NCBI RefSeq assembly: GCF_006345805.1
Contig: NC_043000.1
Coordinates: 150,846,001 to 150,910,000, forward strand
Source: Octopus sinensis
Lineage: Eukaryota
Length of the DNA stretch: 64,000 nt
Direction: 5' to 3'
The translations under genes and the position numbers were made by a program. How positions within the stretch are numbered: position 1 is the stretch's first letter; each line of letters begins with the position of its first letter. Shown here in pieces: positions 1 through 13,388 of the stretch. The notes beneath the pieces were generated by a model. That model saw only the letters and a program-made list of their open reading frames with translations. It made no database searches and was not told the origin of the DNA.

Positions 1-2659
1 GTGCTTTAGGTTAGAAATGTCTTTTACTCTCATGGTTGTCTGCTTAGTTTTGTGGTATCTAACTGTATTTGTAGGAAGTACACTATTCTTTAGATACAGC
101 TTTTTTTTAAAGTTTGCTAATATATTTGATACTAAATTTTTTACTGGAAGATTTATAATACCTTTGCATAACAACATATTGTGTCTTCACATTTAAATTT
201 GGTTTGTTTTACAGTAAATAAACTGGTAATTTAATAAAATTAAATTAACTTGTTGATTATGTTAGAAATAATTTAGGGAAAAAAAGGACTTCCTTTGATG
301 TAGTCATCAAAAAACATGTAGAAATTTAAATTAGGATTATTAATGAAAGTAAATTAGATAATTTTAGATAAATGGAATTTGATTTTAGTTAGTTACCCAT
401 TTGATTGAACAAAGTAAGTATTCTTCAGTATTATTTGTTTCTAAATATGAAAATAACTTCCTTTATTTCATATCTGTGTTTACCATTTTTAGTATATATA
501 TATATAATGCTAAATATTACCTGAAGTATGAGTTACAGATCTATTCTCTCTTTCGTGTTCTTATTTCTAAATAAAAGGCAGGTTTATTTTGACCAAGCAT
601 GAACACTAAGACTTTTCTACTTGATGGCATATTTGCAAGTAATTCTGTTAGAATTTTATCAACTGACTTTTAAAATTTCAGAAATTTGATATTACACTCT
701 TGTGCAATATCAAATCAAAAACTGATTCCTCTTTTATATTTTAGCAAAAGACCAATTTTCCAAATGAGATTAAATATCAAAATAATTTGTATATATCACA
801 GTCCTATTTGGATGTGATTTGCCTTAATTTAGTCTATTAAAAGAATCTTTGAATTAAATTCTTCCTATATAAAATTCCCATATATGAAAAACATAAACTT
901 ATTATGAATGTTTCTAGCAGATGGACATATTTCTGTTTCGAAATGCCAGAATTATTACTAAAATAGGTTTGATTGATAGACCAGAAAAAGCTTCAGTCTA
1001 TATTAATTATGTTCTGAGCTATTAGCATCTGATAGAATATTTGGTAGTTTTTAGCTTAAATATATATTATACGATTTAATATTATTCTTTTGTATACTAT
1101 GCTTCCATAGTAAGTGTTCTTTAAATAGTAATGAATTATGATTTTAAAAAGAAAAATCATTAAAAACGTGTGTCTTTAATTATCAGCCAATGAAAACTTA
1201 TTTTAATTTTTGTTTGTTTATTCTAAGAATATTTTGAGAAGTCATTATTTCTATAGTGAAGTTATAAATTATTAATTTATTATTAGATACAAGTTGTTCA
1301 AAGAAATAATTTCTATACATTGAATCTAAATGAATACTTAGAAAGAAAACAAGTATCATCATCTGTTTTTCTTTCTGATTACATCTTATATATTCAATAT
1401 TCATATCTACACTGAATGCATTACATTGTACTTCAGTTATAAAACATATCAGAAAAGCGTATTTATTTCTTACCTATAGTGAAATTAATCAAGTTTTTAG
1501 TACATGCTCCATAGATTTTATTAAACATTGAACTAATTCTTATACTTTGTTTTTATCTTTGCTTCCTAAGAATTTATATTTATTATATCTTAAAATATCA
1601 AAGTATAAAGTATGGTGGGGGTATCCTACAAAAAACAAAAAGAAAAGAAAATTAGTGAACATGTAATTATATTTAAAAAATGGATAAATGAACGAATACA
1701 TCTGTTAAATAATGTTTAACATTTCACAATAATTACTGTTGTTTTCTTAAAATCACACACCCGACACCATCACTATTTTGCTTAATTTAGATATCCTTAA
1801 ACAAGTTATGTTTTGATGTACAAAATATCATATAAAGCCTGTAGCCAGATATTGAAAAAGGAAAAATGAAAATAAAAATAACCACTGAATAGTAAATAAA
1901 CACAGAGCATGGAGGGTAGCTTTTATTTTAGATTGAGATTTAAGGATTCACATATGCACACACACTCACACACAATACATGTCTTCAAGAAGAAGCCTTT
2001 TCAGTAACAATAACTAGATGATGATTTATTTAAAAAAAATTTGGGACAGGCTAATTTTGACATTAACCATTTGATAGTATTACTTGTAATTAAAGATGAT
2101 TTTGACTGCATACAAATGCACACACACACACTCTCGCTCTCTCTATCTCTCTTGCACACAGATGCATGCATACAGAAAAGGGTGTATTATTAATTCTTAG
2201 TGATGATGGTGACGATGATATGGCTTATTTAATTTGTCTTTTATTTGAATGACATCTGTTAAATGAAAATATTTCATTATTATAACGAAGTGTATTTCAT
2301 TTGGATCTTTTTTGTTGGATCACTCAGACATTATTATTTTTTAACTAAAGAATTAGGAGAAATCTGTTGATGAGTAAAGCAGATATTGATGGGTAAAATT
2401 GGTGAGTGAATAAGTTCTTGAATTCCTCTCACTGAACAGTGCTTGTAGTTATCTGCAGCTATTGCATTCTGTTCTTAGATAAGATCCTTACCTCCATTTG
2501 CCTATTGTGTAAGAATTCTAGAACTGATCTCAATCATCATCATTAATATAATGCATCAAAACTTTTTCACAAAATCAACATGCCTACATAGGTACTTACA
2601 AATATTATTATTATTTCACTTGTGACAAAAAAAAAAATCATTATTATCATTATCCTTCT

Positions 2660-3015
2660 GAGGGCATTCATGCTTTTCGTTCCCTCCAGGGTTGATAAAA
2701 TAATTATCAGTTGGATACTGGGGTTAATGTAATTGACTAACTTCTTCCCCTAAATTGCTGGCCTTGTGCCAAAATTTGAAACTATTGTTATTATAGTTGT
2801 TATTAAGAAGACGACAGTGAGCTGGCAGAATTGTTAGCATTCTGGACGAAATGCTTAATAACATAACATCTTAATGTTCTAAGCTCAGTTTTTGCCAAGG
2901 TTGACTTTGTCCTTCATCCTTTCGGGGTCGATAAAATAAGAACACTGGAGTTGATGTAATCAACTTACCCTCTCCTCTGAAACTGCTGACCTTACGGCCA
3001 AAAGTTTGAAACCAT
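2660..3015 (+). mobile_element. Degenerate family-B (Meta-domain-like) tRNA SINE copies, CpG-decayed
   Basis: GTTGACTTTGTCCTTCATCCTTTCGGGGTCGATAAAATAAG and CAGGGTTGATAAAATAATTATCAG match the younger family-B copies at 43.8 and 52.1 kb, with many CG to TG/CA changes. Confidence 0.7.
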
Positions 3016-3357
3016 TATCATCATCATTATTATTATTATTGTAGTGCTCAAAGTATTACAGCAGTGGGTAAAATGCTGAGCAGTATTTAAGTTACATATT
3101 GAGACTCAAAGCAGGCTTTTGAGGTTGATAAAAGAACTATCAGTCAAACACTGGGGTTGATTTACTCAACTACACACTCCCACGAAACTCATTGCATTTA
3201 TGCAAATGAAGCAACTCTGCAAGCCTGTGTGTATTTTCTGCTCAAGTTGGTCCAGCAACATTGGAAGTAACCTTGGAAAAGCCTGGCTCTTACAATTAGC
3301 TCTTTCTTCTCTAGAATTCAGAGACTGTCTCTATGAGAAACGATAATAGCTATATCA

Positions 3358-3402
3358 TCCTCCTCATCATCACTACTACTACTACTACTACTACTGCTGC
3401 TG

Positions 3403-3447
<45 letters not shown>

Positions 3448-3482
3448 ATAATAATAATAATAATAATAATAATGATAGTAAT
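3358..3482. repeat. (CTA/CTG)n-(TAA)n trinucleotide microsatellite
   Basis: Directly visible; explains ORF 3333..3524. Confidence 0.95.
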
Positions 3483-3789
3483 ACTTCTTCAGGAATTTCA
3501 GGCTTCTTTTCCTTTTCGTTTTAGCATTGTTATAAGTATTTTTTTTTCTTATTTGAAGGTATTTTTTTAGCATACACTCATACACTGACAACCATACACA
3601 TAAATACACTGACACCTATATACTCTCTCTCTCTCTCTCTCTCATACACTTTCATACACTGGCACTTGTACGCTTACATACACTGACATTCATACACAAC
3701 ACCACAATGGTAGATAAATTGAAATTATTTTTTTTGTCGATTGATATCTTTGTATTTCTATTTTTGTTTTATCTGTGATTGATTAGAAC

Positions 3790-4075
3790 CCTCATGATGT
3801 AACCCATATCTCCTTCCATTATTCTTACCATAACTCAGCCCACAAAAACCTCATCTTTAATAACATTTGTAACAACAAAAATAAAAAAAAAACAAAACAA
3901 ACCAAAAAAAAAAACAACAAGAGATAAAAACTCCGTACTCTCTCCCTCCACAGAACTCTGTCACTCTGGAATTGCCTTCCTGAATATGTTTTTCCATTTA
4001 ATTGCCAACTTTCAAACAATTAAAAATTAAACATCAACCATGCACTAATTTCACCCAGTTATCCTTATACCTCCA
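3790..4075 (+). mobile_element. Decayed LINE 3' end (CR1/L2/Jockey-like)
   Basis: Reads HRTLSLWNCLPEYVFPFNCQL, similar to the RTxxLWNSLPxxVFP C-terminal motif of these LINEs; A-rich stretch follows. Confidence 0.45.
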
Positions 4076-4704
4076 AGTGGTCCATGAAGTCTTTAATTTA
4101 AAAAAAAAAAAATTACTAAAGGACTATGCCTCCTCCCCAGGCTAATTAAAAAAAAAAAACGCTCCCCATCCCTCATAAAAAAAAGCTGTGTATTTCAGAA
4201 AACATGTCTGAGATTCCAATTCTATTAATTTAGACTGAACCAATGCTGCTGATGTATCACTGTTAAGAATATCATTTACCGTTTCTGAAGATAATAATTA
4301 GTAATAATATTTTTTCAACAATTAGTTTTGAGACGTAATCCTATGCTCTGTATTCTCATGTTGAATGAGTTTATTTTTCCACTAGTTCTCACAGTTCCAA
4401 TGTGGTTTATTTCTTTAGTAACTTTCTATATTTTATTTTCTTAAATATTTCTGTAGTGGTGATCAAATCTATAACACGAATTAGTATTTGTGTATGTAGT
4501 GTATGTATGTATGTATGTATGTATGTATGTGTGTGCATTTTTTTCTCTTTTATCTGCTAAATACTTACTTTTTTTTCTCTTAATATTGTTCTACTGTGTG
4601 CCAAAAAAATTCTTGTTTTTGTTTCTTAAGTGAAACTTTAATTTATTAACAGAAAGTACAAGCTACTCACACGTGCACACACACACATTCATACACTCAC
4701 ATGG

Positions 4705-4742
<38 letters not shown>

Positions 4743-4910
4743 GTGCACACATTCATACACTCACATGACAACACACACACACACACATGCAAACAGACAC
4801 ATATGCAATTATATAAAAATATTTTTGTGATATTGATTTGCAAAGTATCTAATCCTAAACAATTTTTTAAATGTTTTTTTTCAAACCTTTTTTCTTGTGC
4901 CTAATTCCAG

Positions 4911-5330
4911 AACAAACACTAAATAATGTGGCTCTTGTCAAACTTTGTTTCCAATGTATTTTAATGGTAGTGGCAGCAGATAACCATTTAAATTTGTGCG
5001 TAGATAATGTTTCTATGCCACTAGAGTTCTGTCTTGTCTTTGATTTGCTGAAGTTTTTCTGGTCTGAAATCATATGTTAATTTAAACTATCATATATGAA
5101 GAAAAATTAATCATTACTAGTAAACTTAGATTTGAAAACTATTTCATAGCAATGGAGAAAGTGTCAGCTTTATGTATAGATATACATGATACACACACAC
5201 ACACTACACAAGCACGCTCACACATAAACACACACATTTATATACATGTATGAATATGTGTGTGTATGTACATACACAAAAATAAATATATATGTGTGTG
5301 TACATATGAATATACATATATATGTATATA

Positions 5331-5377
<47 letters not shown>

Positions 5378-8300
5378 ACACACAAACACACACATGTACA
5401 CACACCCATATAAATATATGCGTGTGCATGTATATACATATGCTTAAATTTGTGTGTATAATGTGTGTGTGTGTATGTATTATTTGATCTATACATACAT
5501 CATATACTAATGCGATTATGTATGTATAAAATGTTACACCATTTATATATACACTTTAATTTAATTGGAGATGAAATATATGTATATCTTTTAATATTAC
5601 TCTAGCCATTGCCTTCTCTGTTCATTGATGTTTGATATTTTATTTCTGCAATAAAACCAATTTTACCAGCTGCCAAGGAATGCTCTTAGTTTAGGTTTAA
5701 CTTTATTTTGACGAGAAATCATTACATAGGAGCAGAAACCCTACTTTCCAATTAACGGGAGCTGCATAATGTGCCTTGCACCCCTCAGTCTGTGAAATAA
5801 GCCACTTAAAGCAGTATCCGGATTGACCACTGCTTTACCCTACCCTAAATCTTACCTTTAACATAAATCAGTATTGTAGCCCCTGGTTTCTGTTGTCAAT
5901 ACCATATATGTATGTGTGAGTGCATGATTGCGTATGAGTTTGTTTGAGTGTGTATATATGTGCATATATATATATAATATATATATATATATATAATATA
6001 TATATATATATATACACATATATATATACATATATATATGTGTGTGTGTGTGTGTGTATGTCCAACATTGTCATTTTACCACATTTATGAAATTAATGAT
6101 GAATATTTGTACGATAATATTTCTTATATTGTTTTACGGAAAATTATTTTCTTTCTTTCAAAATTTCCTATTGAAAATGAATATTTTGATTTATAATGAT
6201 TGATTGATATTATAGATTTCTACTGGAATTTATAATGGGATGTGATTAAAATTTATAAAAAAGATGCGTTAATATGGTTGAAGTTTTCAACAAATAATAT
6301 CTATATTTAACAGTTGGAGGCAACTGTCTGACATCTGACAATAAGCTGCATTGTATTTTTTTACCCATAGGTCACTAATGTTTAAACAGAAGGCTTTGGT
6401 TGTGCTGCACCTTTATTATTCTGTCTATTTTTCAGAAATAATATTTGTGTATTGGTATTTCTGTTAAAAAACAAAACAAACAAAACAAAACAAAAAATAC
6501 AATCAGTTTATTGAAAAGAAGAAATAAAAAGACTTTTATCAAAAATGTTTTAATGACACTGTTGTAGAATGTGTCCCATTTGCTAATCATTCCTTCCCTA
6601 TATTTTCATTTGACTGAAGGGCTGTAATTTTTTGTGGGGCCTGGCTTGGGGCCTGGTGGTCTCTGCCTCTCTGATGGTTATCCAGACATTACTGCTGAAC
6701 CCTTTTTTCTTTTTTTTTTTTTTGTAGCCAATAAACTTATTGGAACATTTATATTTTTCCAATGTGTTCCTCTGACAGATGGTGTATTAATTTATTACTA
6801 TTCAATGATGCTAGATAATGTTTCTCTTCTTTGCAAGTGTCTTTCAAAGCATAATTTTTGTGATATATCTTTCTTTTAGCAATCATTCTTTAAAAAAAAA
6901 TTCAATCTTTACCCATATAAGTCACTAAATATTTTCTAAAATGCTTTCTAATTGCTAAATTATAATTTTAGATAGTAGACAAAGTATTTTAAATAGAGAG
7001 ATTTATTAGTGAATAAATTTAACTGCTTCTTTTTATGCAATTGTTTCAAATTTGCTGAATCATATTTTAAATTTTGATCAGATTTTCTTCATTGAAATTT
7101 CTATTTTTATGTTAATTATTATATTTATTTACTCTTAAGTTATATTATAATAAGAATTGAGTAATAGTAATGATATATTTTCAACTCCTTGTCATTCATA
7201 TTTCAAACTCCATATAATTTTAAATTTATAATTTATAACTTATTACTGACATTATCTCCATTACTACGAAAAGAAAATACTAATCTAATAATAAATGCTC
7301 ATTAGATTATTTTATCATTTTGTATATGATGAAAAAACTCCAGCAACTGTTCGTCCTTGGTGCTAATTATTTTCATTATTATTATTATTAGAGAGATTTC
7401 ATTAAAAAACTGAAAATAAATTTATGTCTATTTTAAAAATATCTAAGAATACTCTTATTTATTAGTGATAAAGCATAATTTAAATAGAAGTTCAATGAAG
7501 CATTTTACCATTTTTCTTTTGTAAATAACAAAATAGATTTATCTAACAGCTATTTTTGTTCTTGTTTGATTTCATTTTCCATTCAAATTTAGCTGCCATC
7601 CAATAAAAACCTGTCAAAATCTCTACTGTAGATTTGCTCAAGCGGAGTAAACTTATGATACTCAACGACAACTTGTCAAAATATTTGATGTTCTTAATAG
7701 TTAATTAAATGCTGGCTAATGTTGATTTCTTTGAAAAACATATCTTTTTTTGTATATTCAGTACAAAATGTGGTTTGAAAATTTGGGGTTTTAATTAATT
7801 AAATCAGGGTTAAATTATTCTAAGTATAAATTTGCATAATTTATCTTTTGTGGCTAAGGTGCATTTTAATTTAAGATGCATTCAAATAATTCAACCCTTG
7901 TACTTTTGTTTTTTTTAATTTAATTTTTTTTTTTTTGCTTCTTTATATGTATATAGAGTCACACATTGGAAAACATGATTTGTATATCTATTATATTTCA
8001 AATGCCATGAAACTGCTTTTTTTTCCCCTGAAAACATATTTATCGTCCTATTACTTATAACAACAACAATAATCATAATAATAATAATAATAATAATAAA
8101 AATAATAAAGAAGGCTTTGTGTATACAGATGTATATGTATATATCTATATACAAAAACATGCTCATATACAATAGCCCGAAAGTATGCTTCTACCAACTG
8201 TGCATGTGGTAGCAGCTTGTTTTGGTAATTCTTAACTTTGACTTATTTGTATCAGTGGGGTTTCTTTTCATATCTGTTTTTTTTTTTAATTGCTTATAAA

Positions 8301-8380
8301 ATGTTCTGTTCTAAAGTTTGTGTGCACAGCTTCTAGTGTGATATTTCAATAAAGATTTCATCTTAACAAAACCAGTCCTT
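4911..8380 (+). other. Putative terminal exon and long 3' UTR of an unidentified gene
   Basis: Strong acceptor TTTTTCTTGTGCCTAATTCCAG ending at 4910; early stops in two phases (NKH*, RTNTK*); TE-poor AU-rich sequence; AATAAA at 5650, 6730, 7602 and 8348, the last followed by a pyrimidine tract. No upstream exon identified. Confidence 0.3.
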
Positions 8381-8805
8381 TCTTTTCTTATAATAAAATA
8401 TTAAAAAAAAAAAATGGAAAGACAAAAGAATAGTTTAAATTAGATACTTTTCTAATTTTATTTTTTTAAATCTATTTTAAAGATTTGCAGAAAGATATTG
8501 TAAGAGCGGAGAATTCATGAAAAATCTTCCTCTAAATGATATCATTGGTTTAACTGAAAAACATATTAAAATATAAAGATTTATTCTCTGAAATATGGCA
8601 ATTTCTGAAAGAATATTTTAAAACCAAAGCCCTGTCTTGCCATTAATTTGCAAGAACAGTCTTATTGCGGTTTAAGTAGTTAATACATAATATAGATGAA
8701 ATGAATCAAGAAGAAAATTTACAAACTTACATATATATATATGTATATATATATGTGTGTATAGTAAAATTCATTTGGAATTAAATAAGTGATAACATTC
8801 ATAAG

Positions 8806-8985
8806 CACTTTAATAGGGACAACGAATTAATGGCTATAGTCCCCAAAATTATAGTAAGTTATCTCTTACTCACAGGCCTCATTGTAGGGACAACGAATTA
8901 ACTGGTGTGCTTCCAACATGTACTGGAAGCCATCTCTCATCAAAAGGCCTCACTTGTAAGGGCGACAAATTCAGCTTATGACATC
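8806..8985. repeat. Degenerate ~72-bp tandem repeat, about 2.5 units
   Basis: Units start near 8806, 8880 and 8951 and share AGGCCT-CA(C)TT..TAGGGACAACGAATTAA; interiors are diverged. Confidence 0.55.
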
Positions 8986-9779
8986 AACTCTTCTTAAAAA
9001 TAAATGTCAATTTTCTTTTATTTTAAAATTTCTGTCATCAAAGACATCTCTGTATATGACTTTAATAGATTCTCCTAAATGTTACTCTGTTTAATATGTA
9101 GCGTGAATGAGAAAAGAATTCTCTTCCCAGACTGTAGAAATAGTCATTCTCATTTTTTAAACTTATTTATTAAAATGGAAATTCTATTATCTGTAATCTA
9201 CCACACAGCTACCATTTAGATAACTGTGATTGCTCTGTTTTCTTAAATTTCTTCTTCTTTTATCGGTTCTATGTTTGATGTTCTTTATGTGCAAAAACAT
9301 CATTTCATATAAATTTTACACTTTATTAAGCCTGTGTTTGTTGATATGAAAAAAAAAAAAATTTTGTATATAAAATAAATGTTTTTAGATCTTGTTTTAT
9401 TCCAAGGATTTTACCAATCTTGCTCAGTGACTTTTTTGTTGTTGTTGTCTTCCTTCTATAGACATTAAAATTTAAATTCCACAATATTTCTTTTGTTTTG
9501 TTTTTTAAGATGAAATTCTGTCAGTGTTTAATAAGTGATTTGAAATATACACTCATTTTGAAATAAAATTGTCATAAACAAGTACTACTGTTTATCTAAT
9601 GTTGCTCTTAATATTCAGTTTCAATGTCTTAGCCAAACTGAAAGGATTCAACTTTTGCATTGGACTGGAGCTGGCTAATTGTGTCAAATTAATGATGCTA
9701 TACAATTTGAATTGTTAATGACAATGAACATGCAAGAAACGAATTCTCTTAAATACCTAGATGGTTCACCACAAGTAGT

Positions 9780-10700
9780 CAATAGCTTTTACTAAGAGAT
9801 GGAATCAACAAGGAAGGTGATTGATCTGCATATGTAGTAGCTAGAGTCAGAGCATACTGGAAAAAGTTCAGGGAGCTTCTACAGCTATTAGAAACAAAGA
9901 TACTTTCCTTCAGAGTGAAGAACAAATTGTATAATGCTTGTATTAGGACTGCAATACTGTATAGTAGTGAGATATGTGCCTTGTTGGATGTGCATGAACA
10001 GTATAGTATAAATACATTAAGAGGAAAACTGGGCATAAGAAGAATCAGATGTAGTATACAAGAAAAATGATTGCACTGGCATGGATGTGTGAAGCATACG
10101 GATAAGAACAGCTGGATGAAGAAGTGCCCCTTACTTAATGAAGATGAAGCTTTCAGAAGAGGTAAACCCAGGAAGACATAGGATGAAGTGGTGAAGGCTG
10201 ATCTTGGGACATGGAACCTCATGGAGGAAATGACCAGGGACTAGAATGACTGGCAGGAGGCGCAATGGCCCAGTAGTTAGGGCAGCGGACGCGCGGTCAT
10301 AGGATCGCGGTTTCGATTCCCAGACCGGGCGTTGTGAGTGTTTATTGAGCGAAAACACCTAAAGCTCCACGAGGCTCCAGCAGGGGATGGTGGTGATCCC
10401 TGCTGTACTCTTTCACCACAACTTTCTCTCACTCTTACTTCCTGTTTCTGTTGTACCTCTATTTCAAAGGGCCGGCCTTGTCACTCTCTGTGTCACGTTG
10501 AATATCCCCGAGAACTATGTTAAGGGTACACGTGTCTGTGGAGTGCTCATCCACTTACACGTTAATTTCACGAGCAGGCTGTTCCGTTGATTCGGATCAA
10601 CCGGAACCCTCGTCATCGTAACCAACGGAGTGTTTCCACAAGAATGACTGGCAGTATGTGGTTCTCAAGAAGACTCGCTCATCTCAGTGAAACAGAGATT
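9780..10700 (+). mobile_element. RTE-clade LINE 3' fragment interrupted by a SINE
   Basis: Translates ARVRAYWKKFRELL..RVKNKLYNACIRTAILYSSE..RGKPRKT*DEVVKADL..MTRD, the RTE RT C-terminus, with stops. Confidence 0.85.
10256..10640 (+). mobile_element. Family-C tRNA-derived SINE, full length (possibly an octopus OR-type family)
   Basis: Head GGAGGCGCAATGGCCCAGTAGTTAGGGCAGCGGAC with A-box and B-box-like motifs; 13-bp TSD AGAATGACTGGCA at 10243-10255 and 10641-10653; homologs at 38.5 and 46.2 kb. Confidence 0.93.
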
Positions 10701-10771
10701 CTGGAAGCACAATGTGTGTGATACACTGCACTTGTTCAGACAACATTGATTTGATGGAAGAAGTGAGTTAA

Positions 10772-10992
10772 CCCTTTAGCATTCAGATTACTCTGTCAAA
10801 TGTAAAGCCTGTTTAATCACATTGTTTTAAATTAATTGTACAGCATCTTGTAACTCTGGGATTTTGATGATGTCCCTGTTTATTTTTAGAATGACTTTGT
10901 AGGGTAGGTGTGAGAGGTCAGAGCTGGCTGGTTTGAGCATATAACAGGAAGACTATTTTGGCCTGGTATGGCCCGGTTTAAACACTAAAGGT
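10772..10992. mobile_element. TTAA-flanked MITE (piggyBac-like ends)
   Basis: TTAA|CCCTTTAGCATT ... CACTAAAGGT|TTAA; same family in opposite orientation at 18928-19147. Confidence 0.8.
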
Positions 10993-11524
10993 TTAATGTA
11001 CAGCACATGCATTTGCTCACTAGAAACAAATCATTTGTGTGTAGGCCATTCAGTAAAAGCTGAACACTCATATGTTGTCTCCGATGAGAGAGTCCATCAT
11101 TATTATTATTAAGGTGGTGAGATGACAAAATTGTTGGTACAGTGGACAAAATTGTTAGTGACATTTTGTCCAACTTTACATTCTGAGTTCAAATTTTACT
11201 GAGGTTGACTTTGCCTTTCATACTTTCAGGGTTCATTAAAATAAATATCAGCTGAGCATGGAGGATGGTGCTTAGAGAACAATGGACAACTTACCACCTG
11301 TCTACATCCTTTTGGGAAATAAAATTAACACACCCAATTACTAAGGCCTTAAATATTGGACTTTGCAATTTTGGCCTTTACATTGTCAAAGCAAAAGAAT
11401 TAAATGCGATAATACCAAAAGCAATGAAAATACTATCACACCTTGTGCCTGCTTAACAAAAGAGAAACACCTAGAAGCTTGTTTACAAAGTTCTATATTC
11501 ATGAATACATTCTAAAACATAATA

Positions 11525-11848
11525 TGGCCTCCATGCCAGTGGCACATAAAAAGCACCATCCGATCGTGGCCATTTGCCAGCCTCGTCTGGCACCTGTGCC
11601 AGTGGCACATAAAAAGCACCATCCGATCGTGGCCATTTGCCAGCCTCGTCTGGCACCTGTGCAGGTGGCACATAAAAAGCACCCACTACACTCTTGGAGT
11701 GGTTGGCGTTAGGAAGGGCATCCAGCTGTAGAAACACTGCCAGATCAGACTGGAGCCTGGTGCAGCCTTCTGGCTTCCCAGATCCCTGGTTGAACCATCC
11801 AATCCATGCTAGCATGGAGAACGGACGTTAAACGATGATGATGATGAA
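11525..11848 (+). mobile_element. Family-D retroposon with internal 60-bp tandem and RTE-type (GAT)n tail
   Basis: About 2.5 copies of GTGGCACATAAAAAGCACCATCCGATCGTGGCC.., then GGTTGGCGTTAGGAAGGGCATCCAGCTGTAGAAAC..CGTTAAACGATGATGATG. Confidence 0.85.
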
Positions 11849-12081
11849 TATGATCCCAAATATAATCAATTAAAATTTTTCCAAAACACCTCCCATAACA
11901 ACCAACCAGAAAAACCTCATTACTACCCCTCTCAAACACACACACCCAAAGATGATTTTAATTCAACAAAGACTGTATAAAGGCAAGGCTAATGCTTCAC
12001 AGTCTGATGACGGCTTAGTTGACCAAAACTTTGAATTTACTGTCAACAACCTTTTTGTATATGAATAAATAAATAAATAAA

Positions 12082-12270
12082 TAGGCGCAGGAGTGGCTGT
12101 GTGGTAAGTAGCTTGCTAACCAGCCACATGGTTCCGGGTTCAGTCCCACTGCGTGGCATCTTGGGCAAGTGTCTTCTGCTATAGCCTCGGGCCGACCAAT
12201 GCCTTGTGAGTGGATTTGGTAGACAGAAACTGAAAGAAGCCTGTCGTATATATGAATATATATATATATA

Positions 12271-12304
<34 letters not shown>

Positions 12305-12525
12305 ATGTGTTTGTGTGTCTGTGTTTGTCCCCCTAGCATTGCTTGACAACCGATGCTGGTGTGTTTACGTCCCCGTCACTTAGCAGTTCGGCCAAAGAGA
12401 CCAATAGAATAAGTACTGAGCTTACAAAGAATAAGTCCCAGGGTCGATTTGCTTGACTAAAAGGTGGTGCTCCAGCATGGCCGCAGTGAAATGACTGAAA
12501 CAGTTAAAAGAGTAAAAGAGTAAAA
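12082..12525 (+). mobile_element. Family-A CORE-like tRNA SINE with internal (TA)(TG)n
   Basis: Head TAGGCGCAGGAGTGGCTGTGTGGTAAGTAGC, B-box GGTTCAGTCCC, CORE-like CTTGGGCAAGTGTCTT, tail (GAGTAAAA)n; more than 15 copies in the window. Confidence 0.95.
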
Positions 12526-13195
12526 AAAGAATGTATGAATGTATGTATATATAAATGTATGCATGTATATGTGTGTGTGTATATATAATATGTATCTGAA
12601 TATATGCATGTGTATGAATGTATGTGTATACATGTTTGTGCATGGGTGTATGCATGTGTGTGAGTCTGTATGTGTTACTGTCTCCTTGCCTCGATATCAT
12701 GATAGTTGTAAATGAATATCACCAATATCCAAGTGGTGTCCATCAATTCCAATCTTCCTTGCAAACATATCTAGTCTTGGGAAAATATTACCTTACTTGA
12801 AAACAGGTGAGGGTTGTCAAGAGGAAGCTTATCTGTCAGTAGATAATCTGTCCTAATAAACTCTGTCCAATCCATGCAAGCGTGGAAAAATAGATGTTAA
12901 AACAATGATGATGAAGACGATACTATAAAAATATATTTACATTCACATTCTATAGCAAAACTTTCATGGTACATGCCAGGTGTATCCTAGTTAGAATGGA
13001 TACATTATGTGTGCATAGGTGCAGGCATGGCTGTGTGGTAAGGAACTTGCTTCCCAACCACATGGTTCCAGGTTCACTCCCACTGCATGACACCTTAGGC
13101 AAGTGTCTTCTATTATAGTCTAGGGTCGACCAAAGCCTTGTGAGAGGATTCGGTAGACAGAAACTGAAAGAAGCCCATTGTGTATATATATATAT

Positions 13196-13350
13196 ATTGT
13201 ATTTTAACATGTATAAGGAACTCCCTAATTTGGGGGGCTTAAAATTTGGAAAAAGGGTTTGTAAGGGATTATAATACTATCCATGTATAAGAAATTTCCA
13301 TATTTTTCAAACCTAATTTTTGACAAAAAAGGGTTCCTTATACACGTTAA
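13196..13350. mobile_element. Pogo/Tigger-like MITE
   Basis: Imperfect TIRs TATTGTATTTTAACATGTATAAGGAAC and GTTCCTTATACACGTTAAAATATGGTG. Confidence 0.6.
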
Positions 13351-13356
13351 AATATG

Positions 13357-13388
<32 letters not shown>

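Noticed and set aside
3189-3212. Octamer-like ATTGCATTTATGCAAAT as a POU-binding site
   Set aside because: It overlaps what looks like a degenerate family-B SINE tail; a single motif is insufficient evidence.
8535-8592. Possible C/D box snoRNA (ATGATA..CTGA)
   Set aside because: Box C is imperfect, there is no terminal stem, and no antisense element was recognised.
10256-10330. tRNA-like sequence, also at the heads of families A and B and near 57533
   Set aside because: SINE heads with no complete cloverleaf, each continuing into a SINE body.
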